A DNA stretch of 20,429 nt, from the IMG/VR virus record IMGVR_UViG_3300045988_007995, positions 1 through 20,429 of that record; one strand, 5' to 3'. Made by a program: the position numbers and the translations under genes. This document shows positions 14,572-20,429 of the stretch, one piece after another (within the stretch, counting starts at the first letter, position 1; the number at the start of each line of letters is the position of its first letter). The stretch is from a virus (Duplodnaviria; Heunggongvirae; Uroviricota; Caudoviricetes). The notes below the pieces were generated by a model. The model was not told where the DNA came from. It saw only the letters and a list, made by a program, of their open reading frames with translations, and ran no database searches.

Positions 14572-15564
14572 ATGACAATGGCTGTTAAAGGCTTAACTGC
14601 GCTAACGCTGGCTGACTGGGGTAAGCGCGTCGATCCAAACGGGAAAGTCGATAAGATTATCGAGCTTCTCGGTCAAACTAACCCGATCCTTCAGGATATG
14701 CCTTTTGTCGAAGGGAACCTTCCTACCGGACACCGAACCACCATTCGTTCTGGTTTACCTTCAGCTACCTGGCGTTTGCTGAACTATGGCGTACAGCCAA
14801 GCAAATCAACCACAGTGCAGGTAACCGATTCCGTTGGCATGCTGGAAACCTATGCGGAAGTCGATAAGTCACTGGCTGATCTGAACGGCAATACCGCCGA
14901 ATTCCGCCTGTCTGAAGACCGCGCATTTATTGAAGCGATGAATCAGCAGATGGCGCAGACGCTGTTTTATGGTGATTCCAGCGTTAACCCTCAGCAGTTT
15001 ATGGGACTGTCCTCCCGCTATTCCAGCCTGTCTGCGGGTAATGCTCAGAACATCATTGATGCTGGTGGCACGGGTACAGATAACACCTCAATCTGGTTAG
15101 TGGTGTGGGGCGAAAACACCGTGCATGGCATCTTCCCGAAAGGGCAGAAGGCTGGCATCCAGATGGAAGATAAAGGCCAGGTGACACTGGAAGATGCTAA
15201 TGGCGGCAAGTACGAAGGCTATCGCACCCATTACAAATGGGATAACGGACTTGCTCTGCGTGACTGGCGTTATGTTGTTCGCATTGCAAACATCGATGTC
15301 AGCAATATTTCAGAACCATCCTCTGCCGCAAATATTGCGAAGTTGATGGTTAAAGCACTACATCGCATTCCAAACCGTGGCATGGGCCGCCCGGTGTTCT
15401 ACATGAACCGCACTGTAGGCCAGGCTCTTGATCTGCAATCTCTGGAGAAAACATCTCTGGCTATCAGCGTAAAAGAGACTGAAGGCGAGTGGTGGACTTC
15501 ATTCCGTGGTGTACCAATCCGTGAAACTGATGCGCTTCTGGAAACAGAATCCCGCGTGGTGTAA
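14572..15564 (+). CDS. major capsid protein
   Basis: 330-aa ORF after GAGAGGAAA, in the canonical position after portal and scaffold; assignment by size and synteny, not motif. Confidence 0.65.
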   Translation: MTMAVKGLTALTLADWGKRVDPNGKVDKIIELLGQTNPILQDMPFVEGNLPTGHRTTIRSGLPSATWRLLNYGVQPSKSTTVQVTDSVGMLETYAEVDKSLADLNGNTAEFRLSEDRAFIEAMNQQMAQTLFYGDSSVNPQQFMGLSSRYSSLSAGNAQNIIDAGGTGTDNTSIWLVVWGENTVHGIFPKGQKAGIQMEDKGQVTLEDANGGKYEGYRTHYKWDNGLALRDWRYVVRIANIDVSNISEPSSAANIAKLMVKALHRIPNRGMGRPVFYMNRTVGQALDLQSLEKTSLAISVKETEGEWWTSFRGVPIRETDALLETESRVV

Positions 15565-15615
15565 CGCCTGTTATTAACCTGTGGGTCGTAACAGACCCAC
15601 TAATGGAGAAAGAAG

Positions 15616-16053
15616 ATGATCACCGACAAACTGTTGATGTTCTCCGAAGCTCAGGCGGTTACGAATACCGCGGCTTCTACTGACGTAATCGATCTCGGTC
15701 CAATTGACGGAAAACGTCGTGATATCGGCGTGGGTTACCCGCTTGAGTTTTGGGCGCTGGTTAACGCAGCCGCCGCGGCAAGCGGTGATGCAACTGTAAA
15801 CATCCAGTTGCAGACGAGTGAGAATAACAGCTCATGGACCACTATTTATGATAGTGGCGCACTGGCAAAGACCGCCCTGACAGCAGGTAAACGAGTTGTT
15901 TCTGCAAAGGTGCCTGCCGGTGTTCAGCGATATCTGCGTGTTAACTACTCCGTCGCAACTGGCCCACTAACGGCTGGCAAATTCACTGCGGGTATCAGTC
16001 TGGATGTTGATGCCAATACGCCGTACCCGATCCGCTCAAAAGTAACTGGTTAA
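15616..16053 (+). CDS. hypothetical virion protein (145 aa, beta-rich composition)
   Basis: ATG after GGAGA; within the head gene block; Thr/Ser/Ala/Val-rich. Confidence 0.5.
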   Translation: MITDKLLMFSEAQAVTNTAASTDVIDLGPIDGKRRDIGVGYPLEFWALVNAAAAASGDATVNIQLQTSENNSSWTTIYDSGALAKTALTAGKRVVSAKVPAGVQRYLRVNYSVATGPLTAGKFTAGISLDVDANTPYPIRSKVTG

Positions 16054-16063
16054 GGTGATATCG

Positions 16064-16399
16064 ATGTCAGGTGAGAAACCAAGATACCGCGTTCTGCGCC
16101 TCTCTCATATCCATAACACTCTGTGGCCGGAGGGGGCAGAAATCGAATACGAAGGTGAGCCTGGTAGCGCACTGGAACCTGTTAACGATGCAGCCAGACA
16201 GGCAAAAGCAAAAGTTGCAGGAAAGGTGTCAATGGCAGCAACCAGCACCAAAATCATCAACGATGTGTCAGATGATGGTGAACTGGATAAGCTCCGTGAA
16301 GAGTACGAATTGCTCTTTAACGAGAAGCCACACCATAACGCCAAAGCCGAAACGCTACGCGAGAAGATCGCAGATAAGCGTAAAGAACTGGGCGTGTAA
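16064..16399 (+). CDS. hypothetical protein (111 aa)
   Basis: ATG at 16064 preceded by AAGGTGA (16052-16058); followed by a strong terminator. Confidence 0.5.
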   Translation: MSGEKPRYRVLRLSHIHNTLWPEGAEIEYEGEPGSALEPVNDAARQAKAKVAGKVSMAATSTKIINDVSDDGELDKLREEYELLFNEKPHHNAKAETLREKIADKRKELGV

Positions 16400-16415
16400 G
16401 CCTCGCGAATCAGAC

Positions 16416-16437
16416 AAGGGGCTTCGGCCCCTTTATT
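16416..16437 (+). terminator. intrinsic terminator after the head gene block
   Basis: Hairpin GGGGC-TTCG-GCCCC (UUCG tetraloop) followed by TTTATT. Confidence 0.75.
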
Positions 16438-16455
16438 GCAGGAGTATAGAAACTT

Positions 16456-17061
16456 ATGGCCTCTGTAGTAGAGATCTGCAATCGTGCGCTGTCCAATATT
16501 GGCAACAGCCGCAGCATTAACAGCCTGACGGAAGCCAGCAAGGAAGCGGGGGAATGTTCGCTGCACTTTGAGGCCTGCCGTGATGCTGTGCTTTCTGATT
16601 TTGACTGGAACTTTGCTACCAAACGCGTGGCGCTTGCAGATACGAGCAATCCACCGCCTGACTGGGAATATGCGTACCAGTACCCGTCAGATTGTCTGCG
16701 CATTACTGAAATTATGCTTCCTGGTGTACGCAATCCAACAGCAGCAATGCGCGTTCAGTACGAAGTTGGTGCAGACACCAACGGAACAGGAAAATTGATC
16801 TACACAGACCAGCCGCAGGCATGGCTCAAGTATGTCTCTCGCGTTTCAGATGTAAACATGTTTGATGCCATTTTTATGGAGGCGCTGGCCTGGCGTCTTG
16901 CGGCAGCCATTAACATGGCGCTGACTGGGAATGCGGATCTCGGTACATTTGCTCTCAATATGTACAATCGCGTGATTCTTAGTGCTGGCTCGCATAGCCA
17001 GAATGAATCACAGGAACCACAGCCACCGGTTGACGAGTTTACCATTGCGAGGTTGTCCTGA
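16456..17061 (+). CDS. tail tubular protein A / adaptor (T7 gp11-like)
   Basis: 201 aa; N-terminus ...NRALSNIGNSRSINSLTEA resembles the gp11 family pattern as I recall it; size and position next to an 823-aa partner fit the gp11/gp12 pair. Confidence 0.5.
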   Translation: MASVVEICNRALSNIGNSRSINSLTEASKEAGECSLHFEACRDAVLSDFDWNFATKRVALADTSNPPPDWEYAYQYPSDCLRITEIMLPGVRNPTAAMRVQYEVGADTNGTGKLIYTDQPQAWLKYVSRVSDVNMFDAIFMEALAWRLAAAINMALTGNADLGTFALNMYNRVILSAGSHSQNESQEPQPPVDEFTIARLS

Positions 17062-19532
17062 TGGCTATCAGTTGGATCCAGCCCAGCTTTGCCGGTGGTG
17101 AGATTGGACCGTCGTTGTACGGGCGTATTGACATGGCGAAGTACCAGGTGGCATTGCGCAAGTGCGATAACTTTATCGTGCGGCAGTATGGCGGCGTTGA
17201 GAATCGACCAGGTACGCGTTTTGTCGGTGCCGCCAAATACCCAAATCGGAAATGCCGCCTGATCCCGTTCCAGTTCTCGACGGTTCAGACCTATGCTCTG
17301 GAGTTCGGACACCAGTACATGCGCGTTATCAAAGATGGTGCGTTGGTGCTGAACAGCAGCAATGTTATTTATGAAATTGCCACGCCATATACTGAAGCCG
17401 ATCTGTTCCGAATTAAATTCACGCAAAGCGCCGACGTGCTTACGCTTGTTCATCCGGCATACCCGCCGAAAGAGTTGCGTCGCTATGCGCATGACAACTG
17501 GCAACTGGTTGATGTGGTAACGAAGAACGGACCATTTGAAGATATCAATATTGACGAGTCAGTGACGGTTTATGCCAGCGCCAGCACCGGGACAATTACG
17601 TTAACGGCAAGCGCCTCTATTTTTGGCGCGGAGCAGGTAGGCAAATTGTTCTATCTGGAACAGCCTGCAGTGGATTCTGTGCCGGTATGGGAAACCAGTA
17701 AGAGTACGTCAATTGGCGATATTCGCCGTGCAGACAGTAACTACTATCGCGCCGTTACAGTAGGCAAAACAGGCACTTTGCGCCCTTCGCATACAGAAGG
17801 CACATCATGGGATGGCTGGGGCGGATCCGGTGATGATGATACCGGCATTGAGTGGGAGTATCTGCACAGTGGTTTTGGCATTGCCCGTATCTCTGCTGCA
17901 AATGGAACTACTGCAACTGCCGAGGTGATTTCCTATATCCCTTCGCAGGTAGTTGGCGAGGATAATGCCAGCTATAAATGGGCTAAATATGCCTGGAACA
18001 GTGTTAATGGTTATCCTGGCACTGTTGTTTATTATCAACAACGTCTTTACTTCGCCGCATCGACTGCGTTTCCTCAGACTATCTGGGCCAGCCGTACCGG
18101 GGATTATAAGGATTTTGGCAAAAGCAATCCTACGCAGGATGACGACAGAATTATCTACACCTATGCCGGGCGTCAGGTTAATGAGATCCGCCACCTGATT
18201 GATGTTGGTTCGCTGGTGGCGCTGACTTCCGGAGGTGAGTACGTCATCACTGGCGACCAGAACAAAGTGCTTACCCCATCACCATTTGCATTCAGCTCTC
18301 AGGGATCAAATGGCTCGAGCAATGTCCCACCAATTGCCGTGGCGAATATTGCTCTGTTCGTCCAGGAGAAAGGCAGTGTTGTCCGTGATCTGGCCTACTC
18401 ATTCGATGTTGACGGCTATCAGGGGAACGACCTTACTATCCTTGCCAATCATCTTTTTCAGAAGCACAGCATTGTTGACTGGTGCTTCTCAATAGTCCCT
18501 TACTCCAGCGCCTTCTGCATCCGTGATGACGGTAAATTACTGGTGATGACCTATTTGCGTGATCAGCAGGTTTTTGCATGGGCACCACAATCCAGTACCG
18601 GAAAATATGAAAGCACATGCAGTATCAGCGAAGGCAATGAAGATGCGGTGTATTTCGTCGTTAACCGAACCGTTAACGGGCAAACAGTGAGATACATCGA
18701 GCGACTGTCCAGCCGTTTATTTACCAGCGATGAAGATGCTTTCTTTGTTGATTCTGGCCTTAGCTATGATGGAAGAAATACGTCTGACAGAACGATGATC
18801 ATCACTGGTGGTTCTGGCGAATGGGATTACCGCGCGGAATATACAATCAGTGTTTCTGGTGGTGCGTACTTCACCAGTAGTGATGTCGGCGCGCAACTAC
18901 AGTTCCCTTATACCGGAACTGATCCTGATACTGGCGATGAGGTGTCAAAAGAATTACGTTGCGACATTATTTCTGTAACCAGCAATACCGCTGTAGTGGT
19001 TCGTGCTAACAGGAACGTCCCGCCATCCCTCAGGAATGTGGCCACCACGAACTGGCAGATGGCGCGCCGGACATTTGGAGGCCTGTCTCATCTTGAAGGC
19101 CAGACCGTAAACATTCTCTCTGATGCGAACGTGGAACCACAGAAAGTGGTTTCCGGAGGTGCCGTCACGCTGGAATCACCGGGGGCTGTAGTGCACATCG
19201 GCCTGCCAATAACTGCTGAATTCGAAACACTGGATATCAACATTAACGGACAGGAAACGCTGCTGGACAAAAAACAGGTGATCCCGTCCGTTACTCTGGT
19301 TGTGAATGCCAGTCGCGGCATCTGGGCGACTACGCCCGGCGGTAAATGGCACGAATATCCACAGCGTGAATTCGAGTTCTACGATGATCCTGTTGATGAT
19401 GCTACCGGAAAAGTAGAAGTGAAACTGGACAGTAACTGGGGCAAAAACGGGCGTGTAAAAATCCGTCAGCTTGACCCGTTGCCGCTGTCTGTTCTTGCCG
19501 TTATTCCTCGCCTTACTGTTGGGGGATTCTGA
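17061..19532 (+). CDS. tail tubular protein B / nozzle (T7 gp12-like)
   Basis: 823-aa ORF, ATG overlapping upstream stop (TGATG); size and synteny with the gp11-like gene. Confidence 0.5.
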   Translation: MAISWIQPSFAGGEIGPSLYGRIDMAKYQVALRKCDNFIVRQYGGVENRPGTRFVGAAKYPNRKCRLIPFQFSTVQTYALEFGHQYMRVIKDGALVLNSSNVIYEIATPYTEADLFRIKFTQSADVLTLVHPAYPPKELRRYAHDNWQLVDVVTKNGPFEDINIDESVTVYASASTGTITLTASASIFGAEQVGKLFYLEQPAVDSVPVWETSKSTSIGDIRRADSNYYRAVTVGKTGTLRPSHTEGTSWDGWGGSGDDDTGIEWEYLHSGFGIARISAANGTTATAEVISYIPSQVVGEDNASYKWAKYAWNSVNGYPGTVVYYQQRLYFAASTAFPQTIWASRTGDYKDFGKSNPTQDDDRIIYTYAGRQVNEIRHLIDVGSLVALTSGGEYVITGDQNKVLTPSPFAFSSQGSNGSSNVPPIAVANIALFVQEKGSVVRDLAYSFDVDGYQGNDLTILANHLFQKHSIVDWCFSIVPYSSAFCIRDDGKLLVMTYLRDQQVFAWAPQSSTGKYESTCSISEGNEDAVYFVVNRTVNGQTVRYIERLSSRLFTSDEDAFFVDSGLSYDGRNTSDRTMIITGGSGEWDYRAEYTISVSGGAYFTSSDVGAQLQFPYTGTDPDTGDEVSKELRCDIISVTSNTAVVVRANRNVPPSLRNVATTNWQMARRTFGGLSHLEGQTVNILSDANVEPQKVVSGGAVTLESPGAVVHIGLPITAEFETLDININGQETLLDKKQVIPSVTLVVNASRGIWATTPGGKWHEYPQREFEFYDDPVDDATGKVEVKLDSNWGKNGRVKIRQLDPLPLSVLAVIPRLTVGGF

Positions 19533-19996
19533 TGATCGATGTTCAAATTATTCCCGCTACCGAAGAGCATCTTCAGATGATTTTGCCGGATGTTCGTCAG
19601 GCTGATATTGACGAACTGTATGCGGTATCGCTGATGACTACCAAAGATGCGCTGCGTGTTGGTCTGCGTACTGCGACTATGGCCTGGTCAGGGTTCGCGA
19701 ACGGAGAACTGGTAACCATGTTTGGCGTATCTCCGGCGTCAATGATCGGTGGCAATGGTACGCCCTGGCTGGTCGGAACCAGCCGTATCGAAAAATATCA
19801 GAAGACATTTCTTCGCCACTGCCGCCCTGTATTGCAGCAGATGCTGGCAGTTTATCCGCGCCTGGAAAACTATGTCGACGAGCGAAACCATGTTGCCAAA
19901 GCATGGCTGCACTGGCTTGGATTCAGGCTTGAAGAAGCCGCGCCTTATGGTGCTCTTGGTCTTAATTTCCACAGATTTCACATGGAGAGAAAATAA
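19532..19996 (+). CDS. hypothetical protein (154 aa), possible internal virion protein
   Basis: TGATG overlap with the upstream gene; position corresponds to T7 gp13. Confidence 0.45.
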   Translation: MIDVQIIPATEEHLQMILPDVRQADIDELYAVSLMTTKDALRVGLRTATMAWSGFANGELVTMFGVSPASMIGGNGTPWLVGTSRIEKYQKTFLRHCRPVLQQMLAVYPRLENYVDERNHVAKAWLHWLGFRLEEAAPYGALGLNFHRFHMERK

Positions 19997-20429
19997 TGTG
20001 CGATCCGGTTATTGCTGGTGGCGCAATGCTCGCCATGAGTGGCATTCAGGCATACACCCAGCACCAACAGGGAAAGTATGCCTCGAAGGTTGCAGAAGCG
20101 AACGCAGATATAGCCACAGCTCAGGCAAATGATGCAATAAACAGAGGTAACGCTGAAGCTGAGCAACGACGCAGAGAGACCCGACAGCGGCTTGGTACAC
20201 AGGCGGCGACAATGGGGGCTACCGGCGCTGATTTATCTACAGGTAACGCGCTGGATATATTTGGCGACACTGCCCAGTTTGGCGCTCTTGATTCGCTGAC
20301 GACGGTGAATAACGCGCAACGCGAGGCTTACGGTTATCAGGTTCAGGCTGCCAACTATAAAGCAGAAGCCAGTTCAGCCCGTAAACAGGGGAATGTGGGA
20401 GCAGCAACAACATTGCTCACTGCGCCTCT
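19996..20429 (+). CDS. 3'-truncated internal virion / ejection protein candidate (T7 gp14-like)
   Basis: ATG at 19996 after GGAGAG; frame open to the window end; begins MC followed by a hydrophobic segment (VIAGGAMLAMSGIQA) then an Ala/Gln-rich region. Confidence 0.45.
   Translation, partial: MCDPVIAGGAMLAMSGIQAYTQHQQGKYASKVAEANADIATAQANDAINRGNAEAEQRRRETRQRLGTQAATMGATGADLSTGNALDIFGDTAQFGALDSLTTVNNAQREAYGYQVQAANYKAEASSARKQGNVGAATTLLTAP

Noticed and set aside
16800-17504. 234-aa minus-strand ORF overlapping the tail-tube A/B genes
   Set aside because: Antisense to two translationally coupled plus-strand genes; no independent start signals.
1-20429. CRISPR arrays, IS elements/transposases, integrase, lysis cassette, toxin genes
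   Set aside because: No regularly spaced repeat arrays, no terminal inverted repeats around a transposase-like ORF, and no ORF with integrase, holin/endolysin or toxin hallmarks was seen in this window.

Overview
This window reads as about 20 kb of a temperate-phage (prophage) genome, almost entirely plus-strand and densely packed, with many ATGA/GTGA start-stop overlaps. Positions 1-1370 hold an AT-rich two-gene operon (first gene truncated at the window edge) ending in a strong intrinsic terminator. It is followed at 1519-1581 by three tandem operators and a -35/-10 promoter that I recognise from memory as near-identical to lambda OL3-OL2-OL1/PL, firing rightward into a candidate nutL and an N-like antiterminator. 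The two-gene operon therefore sits where lambda carries rexA-rexB, and I cannot place either protein in a known family; this is the strongest candidate for an undescribed phage-encoded exclusion or defence module. The PL operon continues through an AT-rich unknown gene, tandem terminators, lambda-like cIII and kil, a Sak4-like ATPase plus SSB-like protein, an Ea22-like protein, a DUF551 protein and small unknowns. Unusually, it then runs co-directionally into terS/terL after a strong terminator and direct repeats, with no integrase, att or lysis genes in between. Between terL and the portal gene lies a 1.8 kb opposite-strand insertion: two unknown genes, each framed by a duplicated 5' hairpin/T-tract/RBS element and a duplicated 3' GTGACATGTCAC palindrome, plus a tRNA-Arg(UCU) with its own terminator. 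The virion module looks T7-like (small MC-initiated protein, portal with Q-rich C-terminus, scaffold, capsid, tail-tube A/B and internal-protein-like genes). All calls are from reading the sequence and recalled knowledge; no database search or computation was run.
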